This document shows positions 1 through 11,034 of a stretch of DNA of 64,000 nt, piece by piece. Source of the DNA: an uncultured delta proteobacterium (GTDB lineage Bacteria; Desulfobacterota; Desulfobacteria; Desulfobacterales; SpSt-501). A program made the translations under genes and the position numbers. The DNA lies in NCBI GenBank assembly GCA_963716785.1, contig CAVQUW010000019.1:82837-146836 (forward strand), read 5' to 3'. The stretch's first letter is position 1; the number at the start of each line of letters is the position of its first letter. The notes beneath the pieces were generated by a model. The model saw only the letters and a list, made by a program, of their open reading frames with translations. It was not told where the DNA came from and ran no database searches.

Positions 1-73
1 GGCGGCGGCGGCGGCGATCGCTCAGGCGGAGGCCGAGGAGCTTGCCAAAAAACCGAAAAAAACCGGTGCGTGA
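1..73 (+). CDS. 3' end of an upstream gene (partial, unknown product)
   Basis: Open frame AAAAAIAQAEAEELAKKPKKTGA* ending in TGA at 71-73, converging on the next gene. Confidence 0.3.
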   Translation, partial: AAAAAIAQAEAEELAKKPKKTGA

Positions 74-118
74 TCGGATTGAACACCGATTCGGCAGCGT
101 CAATCGAAACGAGATCCC

Positions 119-2452
119 TTAATTGGTCCCGCGCATCGTGCGCCGGATGAATTCCTTCAGCTCCGCTCCTCTGCGGTCTGCGGGGTGTCGGGCGGTCATC
201 CGGTCGGCGATCCGACCGGCCGCGGTGAGGTCCCCCTGTTTCAGGTAGTGCCGGGCCAGGGCCTGGAGGAAGTCCATGTTGTCCGGTTCGAGCTCAACGG
301 CCCGCTTTAAAGCCGCTTCGGCCTTCTCCCCTTTATTCAGATAATCGTAAAGGAGCCCCAGGTTGTAGTGCACCCGCGGCCGATCAGGGATGCCGCCGGC
401 GGCGCGCGCCAGGTGCTGTTCGGCCTCGAGATATTTCTTCTCCTCGGCCAGCAGCAGCCCCAGCGAGTACTGAACCTCATAGAGCTCCGGATAGGCCTTG
501 ACGACTTCCCGCAGCAGCGTTTCGGCTTCGGCGTTCCGGCCCAAACCGCTGTAGAGCATCGCCAGGTTCACCTTGGCCGGGTGGGACAGATCGTCGATCC
601 TGATGGCCGCCTTGAAGTGGTCGATGGCCTGCTGCGGCTGGCCGAGAGCGACGTACAGGTTCCCCAGGTTGAAGCGGCCGAAGGCGAAATCCCCGGAATA
701 CTCCATGGCGGCGATGTACTCCTTGAGGGCCTCATCGAACACGCGCCGCTGGTCTTCCGCAAGCAGCCGGCCGGGCGGCCCCGCCAATCTGGCGGCAGCC
801 TCGATGCGCACGGCCTTGACCGGGTCATGGAGCAGGGGCGCGATCAGGCGGACGTGGCGCTGCGGGTCGACGGCCGGCAAGAAGGTCACGGCGGTGCGGC
901 GGATCAGAGCCTCGCCGTCCATCAGCGCCCGCGCAAGCGCCGCGGCGACGGCTTCCCCGGGATAGCCGGCCAGCAGTTCCAGCGCTGTGGCGCGCACGAG
1001 CACGGGGTAGAGCGGGTCTTCGACCAGGCGGATCAACCCTTCCGCGGCACCCGGCTGTCGGTGGCGGCCGGCCTGGATGATCTCGCCGTAATGCGGGCGG
1101 CGTCCCGGTCCATACCATTTGGTGATGGTTTCGTCGGCCCAACGGCTGGTTTTGTCGGAGTGGCAGCGGGTGCAGGCATCGGGCACGCCCAATTTGACGC
1201 TGAGGTCCGGCCGGGGGATACGGATGCTGTGATCCAGCCGGTAGTGAACCCCCATGTACACGCGTCCGGGCATGTGGCACTGGATGCACTCGGCCCCGGT
1301 CCCGACCTCGAACCGCACCCGGCCGTCGGCGGACTTGACGGGGTCTCCCTTTTCACCTTTCTGCTTGTGGAAATGATGCTGGCGGGTGTCGTAGTCGCTT
1401 GCCCGGTGGCACTGCAGGCACAAGCCGTTGCCCTCCTTCACGCGCTTGATGCTGTGGACGTTGTGGCAGTCGCCGCAGCGGACATCCCGCGCGTACATCT
1501 TGCTTTGCGTGAACGAGCCGTAGGCGTACACCTCCTCCAGGATCTGACCGTCCGGGAAATACAGGTCCGCGGTGAGCAGGCTCGGCAGCATGGTGTCCAG
1601 CAGGTCTGGCTCGATGTGGGTGTAATCTCCCAGGATCGCCCGGCGGGAGTGGCACGGCGCGCACAGTTCCACCGCCTCGCGGGACCTCAGCTTGGAAGTG
1701 CGCACCGCAAGATCGAAGTTCGGAACCGGCGATCGCGCCATGTCAGGCAGCTCGGCCCACTTCACATGCCGCGACCCGGGGCCGTGGCAGGCCTCGCAGC
1801 CGACGTTGATGTCCGACCAGGTGGTCCGATACGTGTCGGTTTGAGCATCGTAGTTCTTCTTGAGATGGGTGGAGTGGCACGCGGCGCACATCCCGTTCCA
1901 GTTCTGCGCCGCGTTGGTCCAATAGAGCCAGTCCTTCGGGCTGAACGTCTGGTCGGGGTAGAGATGATACCAGCGCCCGGCCTTCACATCCCAGGCAATG
2001 GGCAGACACTGCATCCGGCCGCCGGGGAAAGGGACCAGGTACTGCTGGAGCGGGTTCCAGCCGAAGGTGTGCGTGACCTCGAAATCCCCCATCCGGCCTT
2101 CCGGGCCTTGGGTGCGCACAAAAAATTTGCCGTCCCTGCGATAGAACCGGGAGACGACACCGGAGTGTTCAAAACTCGTCTCGTTGAAATCGCCGCGCAC
2201 ACTCGCCTCGGTGGCGACCTCCATGGCGTGATAGTGGTTGGAGTCTTTCCACAGTTCGTACTCAGGCTGGTGGCAGGTGCGGCATTTCTCACTGCCGACA
2301 AAAACGGCGGCATCGACCGGCTTTGCGGGGCCGGGACCCGGCAGGCGGGAATGATACTTCACGACGGCGAGCGGGATCGACAAAACGATCAGCGCGGCGG
2401 CGATGATCCCTGTGAGTTTCCAGCGAAACATGAGGGTTGCGGACTTCGGCAT
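119..2452 (-). CDS. Octaheme c-type cytochrome with N-terminal membrane anchor and C-terminal HEAT and TPR repeats
   Basis: 8 CxxCH motifs (CRTCH, CAACH, CEACH, CAPCH, CGDCH, CLQCH, CIQCH, CTRCH); hydrophobic N-terminus; HEAT-like DPVKAVRIEAA; TPR-like NLGNLY/YSLGLLL/YNLGLLY repeats. Confidence 0.9.
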   Translation of the reverse strand: MPKSATLMFRWKLTGIIAAALIVLSIPLAVVKYHSRLPGPGPAKPVDAAVFVGSEKCRTCHQPEYELWKDSNHYHAMEVATEASVRGDFNETSFEHSGVVSRFYRRDGKFFVRTQGPEGRMGDFEVTHTFGWNPLQQYLVPFPGGRMQCLPIAWDVKAGRWYHLYPDQTFSPKDWLYWTNAAQNWNGMCAACHSTHLKKNYDAQTDTYRTTWSDINVGCEACHGPGSRHVKWAELPDMARSPVPNFDLAVRTSKLRSREAVELCAPCHSRRAILGDYTHIEPDLLDTMLPSLLTADLYFPDGQILEEVYAYGSFTQSKMYARDVRCGDCHNVHSIKRVKEGNGLCLQCHRASDYDTRQHHFHKQKGEKGDPVKSADGRVRFEVGTGAECIQCHMPGRVYMGVHYRLDHSIRIPRPDLSVKLGVPDACTRCHSDKTSRWADETITKWYGPGRRPHYGEIIQAGRHRQPGAAEGLIRLVEDPLYPVLVRATALELLAGYPGEAVAAALARALMDGEALIRRTAVTFLPAVDPQRHVRLIAPLLHDPVKAVRIEAAARLAGPPGRLLAEDQRRVFDEALKEYIAAMEYSGDFAFGRFNLGNLYVALGQPQQAIDHFKAAIRIDDLSHPAKVNLAMLYSGLGRNAEAETLLREVVKAYPELYEVQYSLGLLLAEEKKYLEAEQHLARAAGGIPDRPRVHYNLGLLYDYLNKGEKAEAALKRAVELEPDNMDFLQALARHYLKQGDLTAAGRIADRMTARHPADRRGAELKEFIRRTMRGTN

Positions 2453-2465
2453 TCGGATTACGGGA

Positions 2466-3008
2466 TTACATTTTGGGTGGATATACCAGCTGGTCAGGGT
2501 GAAAACTGCCGCGCTTGATCCTCCTGCCCGTGTCGACCTTCACGACCTGGTTCTCGATGCTGACGGGAAAAATATCCAGCGCCCGTGGCGCCGGGGCCGA
2601 TATCACATTCCCGGTACTGTCGAACGCCGAGGCATGGCACGGACAAATAAACTTATTTTCCTCTTCTACCCAGGGGACGGTGCACCCCAGATGGGTGCAC
2701 TTGCACGAAAGCGCCAGGAATCCGCCGTCTTCCAGCCGCACGAGGTAGAACTGCCCTTTTTGAAACGCGGCGACCGACCCGGGCGCGAAGGAGGCAAGCG
2801 CCCCGGCGAGGACGACGGGGTCGGCCTGGGTCTCGGCGCTGTCCGGGCCGGACGGCCACAGAAAGGTGAAGGCCAGCCACACAAATTCGGCCAGCGCCGC
2901 AAGGCCCAATGCCGCCCACAGAAAGCTCAGGAAGCTGCGGCGGGAAACCTCCGCCGACGCCTCGCGTGGCTTATTGCCTTTCGTTGTCTGTCTCCTGGAC
3001 GGTTTCAT
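2466..3008 (-). CDS. Rieske [2Fe-2S] subunit of a Rieske/cytochrome b complex
   Basis: Tat signal SRRSFL plus TM helix; Rieske boxes CTHLGC and CPCHAS; PAPRAL. Confidence 0.93.
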   Translation of the reverse strand: MKPSRRQTTKGNKPREASAEVSRRSFLSFLWAALGLAALAEFVWLAFTFLWPSGPDSAETQADPVVLAGALASFAPGSVAAFQKGQFYLVRLEDGGFLALSCKCTHLGCTVPWVEEENKFICPCHASAFDSTGNVISAPAPRALDIFPVSIENQVVKVDTGRRIKRGSFHPDQLVYPPKM

Positions 3009-3029
3009 TTCGCCTTTTTAAAGCGACCG

Positions 3030-4349
3030 TCAAAACGGCCACTGCAGCTTCATTCCCTGCCCCCTGAAAAACACGCAGATGGCGGTCAGGATCAACCACC
3101 CCACGGCCAGAAAAACGAAAACGGACTGGACCGATTCCAGACGCGATGCCTTGAATTTCCCCGCCATCAGAACGTACAACCCGACGACGACGGCGATGAG
3201 AAGGGCCGTCGGGACGACCCCGAGGCTGAGGGCTTGGGGTAAACCGGGCATCATTGCCGAAAAATCAACCGCGTATTCGTCCATGACGACGGCCAGCGGT
3301 GTGGCCACGGCGGCAGCGAGTGCGGCAACGAGTGCGGTGCGCCGGCCTTTGACCGATGCAAACCAGACTCCGGCGGGGGCTTCGCGGTATTTCAGATAAG
3401 GCAGACAAAAAGCGCCGAGGGCGAGGGCGGCGGCGATCAGCAAGGCAAAACTCGGGTGAAAATGCACCAGCAATTCCTGAATGCCGGCAAAGTACCAGGG
3501 GGCCTTGGTCGGGTTGGGGCTGAGGCCCGGGTTGGCCGGAAGCCCCAGGGGGGCGTCGTAAAGCAGCGACAGAATCAAGACGCCCGCGATGACCGCCAGC
3601 GCCGTGGCCGCCTCCCGCACAAGCAGTTCCGGGTGGGTCGGGACCATGACGGGTGGGTCGCCCGGCTCCTCGGTCGGAGAGCGCGGGACCACCAACCCGC
3701 CGGCCTTGCGCACCCGCCAGAAATGAAAGGCCATCAGCATGACGATCAGGGCGGGAAGGACGGCGGTGTGCAGGGCGAAAAAGTGACGCAAGGTAGCCGG
3801 CCCGATCCGGGGACCGCCCAGGACGACGTGCTGCAACCGGCTGCCGATGACGGGGATGTATTCCAGCACGCCGACGCAGATGGTGGTGGCCCAATAGGCC
3901 AGTTGGTCCCAGGGGAGCAAATACCCGGTCAGGTTGGAGGCCAGAACGAGGATGAAAAGGCTGAGCCCGACGACCCAGTTCAGCCGGCGCGGCGGGTGAA
4001 AACCGCCCGTAAAAAAAACCCGCAGGCCATGCAGGCAGACCACCCCTACCAGGAGGTTGGCGCTCCAGAAATGGGTGTTGCGAACCAGTTGCCCGAACAG
4101 GTAGCCTTCCTGAAGGCGCACGAGCGACTCATAGGCCTGGGTGGGAACCGGCCCGTAGGCGAACTTCAGCAGGACGCCGGTAAACAACTGAAGGGACACC
4201 AGAACGGCCGCCATGCCGCCCAAGCCCCAGGTCAGGGTGAAGCGCAGCGTCTTTTCCGCAACCCGGCGGGGCCTGAAATGCAGGACCATCGTTCCCAGAA
4301 GCTTCAAACGACGTTGGGGTTGGTCCGCCGTGGGAGTCATTGCCCTCAT
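3030..4349 (-). CDS. Cytochrome b (b6-like) fused to a subunit-IV-like domain
   Basis: Heme b His pairs HFWSAN...CLH and ALH...AFH; TGYLLPWDQLAYWA; Qo-type KAPWYF motif; many TM helices. Confidence 0.92.
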   Translation of the reverse strand: MRAMTPTADQPQRRLKLLGTMVLHFRPRRVAEKTLRFTLTWGLGGMAAVLVSLQLFTGVLLKFAYGPVPTQAYESLVRLQEGYLFGQLVRNTHFWSANLLVGVVCLHGLRVFFTGGFHPPRRLNWVVGLSLFILVLASNLTGYLLPWDQLAYWATTICVGVLEYIPVIGSRLQHVVLGGPRIGPATLRHFFALHTAVLPALIVMLMAFHFWRVRKAGGLVVPRSPTEEPGDPPVMVPTHPELLVREAATALAVIAGVLILSLLYDAPLGLPANPGLSPNPTKAPWYFAGIQELLVHFHPSFALLIAAALALGAFCLPYLKYREAPAGVWFASVKGRRTALVAALAAAVATPLAVVMDEYAVDFSAMMPGLPQALSLGVVPTALLIAVVVGLYVLMAGKFKASRLESVQSVFVFLAVGWLILTAICVFFRGQGMKLQWPF

Positions 4350-4744
4350 CTGCCCCTGACAAAGACGACTTCGAAGTTTTTCCGCAGACCGGCATGGTGG
4401 TAGACCCCTTTTAGCTCATCGCGCTTCGGGTCATGGATCAGGGTGTAGGTGGAGCCGGGGTAGCCGGGGCCTCGCAGCTCGATGAAAACGGTGACGGCCG
4501 CGCCTGACCGTGCCGCTTCCGCGCGGGCGACATTGACCGGGTTGGGGTTGTAATAGGCGGCCTGCACCCTGCCGCCGGCATCGACGCGCGTGATGTCGAT
4601 GACGTAGCCCCCGTCGGTCCGCGCCCAGCGGCCCGTCAACTGCTCGAACCCAGGCCGTGTTTGCGCCAAGGCCGGGAAGCTCGGGAGCAGTGTCAACGCC
4701 AGGCCCAGTGCAAGAAAAAAAGCATTCCCCCTGAGCGTTTGCAT
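4346..4744 (-). CDS. Exported hypothetical protein, first gene of the Rieske/cyt b operon
   Basis: Signal peptide (ALA|Q); 4-bp overlap with the cyt b start. Confidence 0.7.
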   Translation of the reverse strand: MQTLRGNAFFLALGLALTLLPSFPALAQTRPGFEQLTGRWARTDGGYVIDITRVDAGGRVQAAYYNPNPVNVARAEAARSGAAVTVFIELRGPGYPGSTYTLIHDPKRDELKGVYHHAGLRKNFEVVFVRGR

Positions 4745-5107
4745 GCATGGCCATCCCTTCCGCCCGATTGGGCCAGTGCGACTTTAGCATATTGCATCTG
4801 CCGATCAATTAAAAAAATCGCTTGCCCGCCTTGGGCTGCGTGCGACTCAGGGATCCGGTGGGATGAGAGCTCACCGCCGCGAACTGCGCGTCGACCGGCC
4901 GGGGAGCCCCCCGTCTCCGGTCGGCCACGCGTTCGCCGCCCCTCTGCAAGGTCCGGCCGTTCACAGAGAGAAAATGTGCGCAGGCGGGGCAGGCGCAATT
5001 CATCACGGCTTTTTTAACCGGAGGGGTTGACTTGAGAAGAGAACTGCCTGAGTTTCAACCGGTGGAAATAACCGACCAAGACGCAGGAATAGAAAGGACC
5101 CCAAATC

Positions 5108-5560
5108 ATGAGACGGCGAACACGGGGCATGACATGGTTTTTGATGGTTCTGGCTTCGCTGGCGGTTGTCGCAGGCTGCTCTGGGCCTCGGGCCGGGATT
5201 AGAAAGGTCGACCGGCCCACTGAGAAGGAGCTGCGGGCCGGCTGGAAAGAGTACCGGACCTACTGTTTAGAGAGCCGGGGCCGGGAGGCCGCGTTTGGGA
5301 ATGCCGTGCTCTTTCAACTGAAAGGAGACAACATTATTCAGAAAGCGGATAGCTGGCGCGAAGTCGCAAGCGAGGAGGCGGCTTCCGGCTGTGCGAGTTA
5401 TTTGTCTCATTCTTCGCCTGTGATGCAATTGCTTGGCGCAAATGACGAAGTTTTCGGATACGTGATTTACAACTTCAAAGATGGGATTTCCGCTGCGATC
5501 ATCGACCCGCGATCAATCCGCCTATTTTATCACGAAAACCCAAAGGGCGGGGGCCCCTGA
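5108..5560 (+). CDS. Hypothetical lipoprotein
   Basis: Basic N-terminus, hydrophobic stretch, lipobox VAG|C; RBS AAAGGA. Confidence 0.65.
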   Translation: MRRRTRGMTWFLMVLASLAVVAGCSGPRAGIRKVDRPTEKELRAGWKEYRTYCLESRGREAAFGNAVLFQLKGDNIIQKADSWREVASEEAASGCASYLSHSSPVMQLLGANDEVFGYVIYNFKDGISAAIIDPRSIRLFYHENPKGGGP

Positions 5561-5812
5561 GCGGATGGCTGGAGAGGGACGCCTGGGCCGAATCAGAAGG
5601 TTCTTTATCGGGTCAGGAAAAAAACCAGATCGGGAAACAGAGATACTTCAAGGTTGACGTTTCATCTCCGTGCTTTATTTTTTCGGCATATTCTTCCAGA
5701 GGTCATCCCCACAAAGAGATCCACCGTGTCGGAAACAGGCAAAGCAATTTCCGAAACCCGCAAGGGCACATCGAAGCGCACACCGGAAGGCCTTATTATG
5801 AAAGGGGGAAAA

Positions 5813-7370
5813 ATGAAAAACCGTCTGAGAGCACCGAACCTATTTTTTGCGGTTTTTGCCGCATTGGCTTTGATGGCGGGGTCGGCGGCCGCGCAGGGGA
5901 AAAAGCCCAACATCCTGGTCATCTGGGGCGACGACATCGGCCAGTTCAACATCAGCGCCTACAACATGGGCATGATGGGCTACAAGACGCCCGAACATCG
6001 ACCGCATCGCCAAGGAAGGCGCGCTGTTCACCGACTGGTATGGCCAGCAGAGCTGCACCGCCGGCCGCGCCGCCTTCATCACCGGGCAGTCGCCGATCCG
6101 CACCGGCCTCACCAAGGTCGGCCTGCCGGGCGCGCCCGAGGGCATGAAGAAGGAAGACCCGACGATCGCCACGCTGCTCAAGGCGCAGGGCTACATGACC
6201 GGCCAGTTCGGCAAGAACCACCTCGGCGACCGCGACGAGATGCTGCCGACCGAACCACGGCTTCGACGAGTTCTTCGGCAACCTCTACCACCTGAACGCC
6301 GAGGAAGAGCCGGAGAATCCCGACTATCCGAAGAGATCCGGAGTTCAAGAAGAAGTTCGGCCCGCGCGGCGTCATCCACAGCTTCGCCGACGGCCGCATC
6401 ACGGACACCGGCCCGCTGACGAAGAAGCGCATGGAGACGATCGACGAGGAAGTCACCGCCAAGGCGCTCGACTTCATGGAGCGCGCCAAGAAGGCGGACA
6501 AGCCGTTCTTCCTCTGGTGGAACTCCACCCGCATGCACATCTTCACGCACCTGAAGACGGAGTCGGACGGCAAGACCGGCCTCGGCATCTATGCCGACGG
6601 CATGGTCGAGCACGACGGCCACGTCGGCCAGGTGCTCGCCAAGCTCAAGGAACTGGGCCTCGACGAGAACACCATCGTCATGTACTCGACCGACAACGGC
6701 GCCGAGACCTTCACCTGGCCCGACGGCGGCACGACCATGTTCCGCGGCGAGAAGAACACCAATGGGAAGGCGGCTACCGCGTGCCGACGCTGATCAACTG
6801 GCCCGGCGTCATCAAGCCCGGCACGGTCATCAACGACATCGGTGCGCACGAGGACATGCTGCCGACGCTGCTGGCCGCCGCCGGCGACACCACGGTCAAG
6901 GAAGACCTGCTGAAGGGCAGGAAGGTCGGCGACATGACCTACAAGGTCCACCTCGACGGCTACAACCTGCTGCCGGCGCTCAAGGGCGAGGGCCGAGTGG
7001 CCGCGCAAGGAGTTCATCTACTGGACCGACGACGGCAGCGTCGCCGCGCTGCGCTACGAGCAACTGGAAGATCACCTTCCTGCGAGCAGGACGCTCGACG
7101 GCCTGAACGTCTGGCAGGAGCCGTTCGTGACGCTGCGCGCCCCGATGCTCACCAACCTGCGCATGGATCCGTTCGAGCGCGCCCACGAAATCGGCATGGG
7201 CTACGAGCGCTGGTTTGCCGAGCACATGTTCGTGATCGCGCCGGCGGCGGGCCTACGTCGGCCAGTGGCTGCAGAGCTTCCAGGAGTTCCCGCCGCGCCA
7301 GAAGCCCGGCAGCTTCAATCTCGACCGCGTGATGGAAGCGGTGACCAGCGGCAGCGTCGGCAAGCAGTGA
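5813..7370 (+). pseudogene. Formylglycine-type arylsulfatase, exported; several frameshifts (probably assembly errors)
   Basis: Signal peptide; [26 protein letters not shown] signature; GKNHLGD; STDNG; GEKNT.WEGGYRVP spread over successive frames. Confidence 0.88.
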
Positions 7371-7404
7371 TGCCGCCTGCGCAGCAGCGTTGAAACCAGA
7401 CCCC

Positions 7405-7435
7405 GGGCCGCACCCGTCCCAAGCGGGTGCGGCCC
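7405..7435 (+). terminator. Strong stem-loop after the sulfatase
   Basis: GGGCCGCACCCG-N7-CGGGTGCGGCCC, perfect 12-bp stem; no clear U-tract. Confidence 0.5.
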
Positions 7436-7577
7436 TGCGTGACCAACGATTGGCACCGGCAAGATCGTCCTCGGATAAGCCGCCCCGTCGAACCGTTTCG
7501 CGGATCCGCATCGGTAGCCGCTGCTCAACCCTGACGTGACTGACAGCAGCTGTTGACCGCGCATCGGCTGGCGAGGT

Positions 7578-8580
7578 ATGCGAGCTATGAAGACAATACA
7601 GCTCGTTCTCGCTGTCGGGGCCTTGCCGTGCTACGCTGTCTCCGGCGACACGACGCGTCGGCCGCCGATCCCCTGCCATCCTGGAACGACGGCACGGCCA
7701 AGAAGGCCATCGTCGCCTTCGTCGAGAAGGTGACCAAACCGGCTCGCCGGACTTCGTCCCGGCCGCCGAGCGCATCGCCGTCTTCGACAACGACGGCACG
7801 CTCTGGGCCGAGCAGCCGATGTACTTCCAGCTGTTCTTCGCGCTCGACCGCGTGAAGGCGCTCGCGCCGCAGCATCCCGAGTGGAAGGACAAGGAACCGT
7901 TCGCCTCGCTGCTCAAGGGCGACGTGCAAGGCGCGCTCGCCGGCGGCGAACACGCGATCGCTCGAGATCGTCATGGCCACGCACGCCGGCATGACCACCG
8001 AGGAGTTCGAGCAGATCGTCAGCGACTGGATCGCCACCGCGAAGCACCCCAAGACCGGGCGGCTCTACACCGAGATGGTCTATCAGCCGATGCTCGAGCT
8101 GCTCGCCTACCTGCGCGCGAACGGCTTCAAGACCTTCATCGTCTCCGGCGGCGGCATCGAGTTCATGCGCCCGTGGACGGAGAAGGTCTACGGCATCCCG
8201 CCCGAGCAGGTCATCGGCAGCAGCATCAAGACGAAGTTCGAGATGCGCGACGGCAAGCCCGTGCTCGTGCGCCTGCCGGAGATCGAACTTCATCGACGAC
8301 AAGGCCGGCAAGCCGGTCGGCATCAACCAGCACATCGGCCGCCGCCCGATCGCCGCCTTCGGCAACTCCGACGGCGACCTCCAGATGCTGCAGTGGACGG
8401 CCGCCGGCAGCGGCGCGCGCTTCTGGGCTCTCGTCCACCACACCGACGCCGAGCGCGAGTGGGCCTACGACCGCCAATCCCGCATCGGCCGCCTCGACAA
8501 GGCGCTCGACGAGGCGCAAGGCGAAGGGCTGGACCGTCGTGAGCATGAAGGACGACTGGAAAAGGATCTATCCGGATTGA
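7578..8580 (+). pseudogene. HAD-superfamily exported acid phosphatase-like hydrolase; frameshifted
   Basis: DPLPSWND; VFDNDGTLW (DxD motif); IVSGGG; FGNSDGDLQML; HHTDAEREWAYD; WTVVSMKDDWK across frames. Confidence 0.85.
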
Positions 8581-8758
8581 GCGGCTCAATCCACTGACCG
8601 CGAGGACGGTGATCGAGGGCGCGGAAAATGAAATGAAAATGGGGACGTTCGTTCCGAACGTGTTTCAAAGTGCGCAACGCAGATCAGCAGTCAAACGTGC
8701 GCCGCAGTCGAAGATCGCCGGCGGAGAGCCGCTGGGCTCCGCCCCGGCGCCTCTCTTA

Positions 8759-10868
8759 TCACCCCGCCGTGGCCCGGACCCTCTCGTGCGCCTGCTGCCG
8801 GGGCCGCTGCAGAAGCCACATCCCGCCGAAGATCGCGATGCCGAGGATCTTGACGATCTCAGGGTTCTCGATTCCGATCAGCTCGCCGACGCCGAAGGGC
8901 CGCAGGATGATGAAGGTGATCGCCAGAAAGATGAGGCTCTCGTACCACTTGTTGCGGGCGAGGAAAAAGCCACTGGGTGGCGCAGGCGAAGGCGAACATG
9001 GCGATGCAGCCGCTGACGAAGATCCAGGCGCCCAGCAGCCACGAGTCGACCCCGATCAGCAGCAGGCGCTCGTTGAAGATGAACATGAACGGCAGGATGG
9101 CCGTGCGGATGTCGTACATGAAGCCCTGGATCCCGGTGGCGATCGGCGGGCTCTTGGCGATGGCCGCGGCCGCGAAGGCGGCCAGCCCCACCGGCGGCGT
9201 GTCGTCGGCCAGGATGCCGAAGAAGAACACGAACAGGTGGGCCGTGATCAGGTGCACCTCGAGGCCGATCGCCGGGGCGAGTTTCACGATGATCGGCGCG
9301 GTGAGCGAGGCCATGACGATGTAGTTGGCCGTGGTCGGAAGCCCCATGCCGAGCAGCAGGCAGGCGACGGCCGTGATGATCAGCAGCAGGATGAGGTTCC
9401 CGCCCGAGATGATGGCCACGATCTCGGTGATGAGCCCGCCGAGCCCCATGGTCACCACCCCGACGATGATCCCCGCGGCGGCGACGGCCACGCCGATGCC
9501 CATCATGTTGCGCCCGCCGGCGACGAAGGACTGCGTACAGGATGATCAGGCGCCTTCTTCAGGCCCGGGCCACACGCTCTCCCCGCGGCGCCGGGCGAGG
9601 ATGGGCTCGCGGATCAGGATCAGGGCCGCCAGGACCAGGATCGCGTTGAAGGCCGAAAGCTCCGGGCTGTGCCTGAGCCACGATCAGCTGCCAGATGATC
9701 ACCGCGAGCGGGATCAGGAAATGCACCCCCGAAAGCAGGGTCGGACCAGAAGGCGGCAGCTCCGCGCGCGGGACCCCCCTCAGCCCGAGCTTTCCGGCCT
9801 CGAGGTGGGTGATGTAGAACAGGGCGCAGTAGCTGATCACCGCCGGCACGAAGGCCGCCTTGACGACCTCGATGTAGGGCAGGTTGCAGTACTCGGCGAT
9901 GATGAAGGCCGCGGCCCCCATGATCGGCGGCATGAGCTGGCCGTTGGTGGAGGCGGCGACCTCGACCGCGGCGGCCTTGGTGGCCGGGTAGCCCACCGAC
10001 TTCATCAACGGGATGGTGAAGGTGCCGGTGGTGACCACGTTGGCCACCGAGGAGCCGGAGACCATGCCGCTCAGCCCGGAGGCGACCACGGCGGCCTTGG
10101 CGGGCCCGCCGCGGTAGGAGCCGAGCAGGCTGTAGGCCAGTCTGACGAAGTACTGCCCGCCGCCGGCCTTGTCCATGATCGAGCCGAAGAGCACGAACAT
10201 GAAGACGATGGTCGAGGAGACGTCGAGCGGGATGCCGTAGATGCCCTCGGTCGACATGGTCTCCTGGCCGATGAAGCGGCTGAGCGAGACCCCCTTGAAG
10301 GCGATGACATCGGGCATGTAAGGCCCCAGGAAGGAGTAGAGGATGAAGACGGTCGCCAGCACGGCGAGCGCCGGACCGAGCGAGCGGCGGGCGGCCTCGA
10401 GCAGCAGCACGATCAGCACGAGCCCGAAGACCGCATCGCGCATGATCGGCGAGCCTTGGCGCTCGGCCAGCCCCTCGTAGTCGAGCACGATGTAGAGCGC
10501 CGCGACCGCGGCCACGGCCGCCAGCAGGAAGTCGAACCAGGTGATCCGCTGCCGCCGGGAGAGAAACCGCAGCAGGCCCGCGAGCCCGCGGTCGCTTGAA
10601 CATCGGGCAGCTCAGGTAGACCAGCGCGATGGCGAAGGCCAGGTGGATGGAGCGCACGTAGACGGTTTCGAGCAGGATCACCTTGGGCAGCAGGAACTGG
10701 AAGCAGGACCAGGTGAAGGCCACGACCGGGATGACCCAGCGCTGCCAGCCCTTCGGGGCTGCGCACCCCCACCTCGGCCTCCTCGACGATCCGCTGCGCC
10801 TCGGCGGCGCCGGCCGCTTCCTCCTGCGGCGGGTTCCGGTTCCCGTCCTGAGTCTGCTCGCTGGTCAT
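8759..10868 (-). pseudogene. TRAP transporter fused 4TM/12TM permease (TAXI-type); frameshifted
   Basis: GGPAKAAVVASG, SGSSVANVVTTGTFTIPLM, EVAASTNGQLMPPIMGAAAF, LGMGLPTTANY, LADDTPPVGLAAFAAAAIA in three ORF pieces. Confidence 0.88.
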
Positions 10869-11034
10869 GTCGCACCTCGCTCGGTCGCTTCCGGCCGGGC
10901 GTCACCCCGGCCGCAACGGGTTGAATTTCCGATCGGGTCCCGAAACCGGCCGTTCGCCGCTCGGGGCGGGCGGAACGGTCGCCCGCCCCGGAATGACACG
11001 GTTTGCCGAAGTCGTCGGCGCGGGCCGACGGGCC

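Noticed and set aside
4809..5006. Cys-containing 65-aa ORF (MMNCACPAC...)
   Set aside because: No RBS and no second Cys pair; lies in a divergent promoter region
5720..5795. c-di-GMP-I riboswitch upstream of the sulfatase
   Set aside because: GGCAAA, GAAA and CGCAA words are present but the spacing and paired stems do not fit the aptamer
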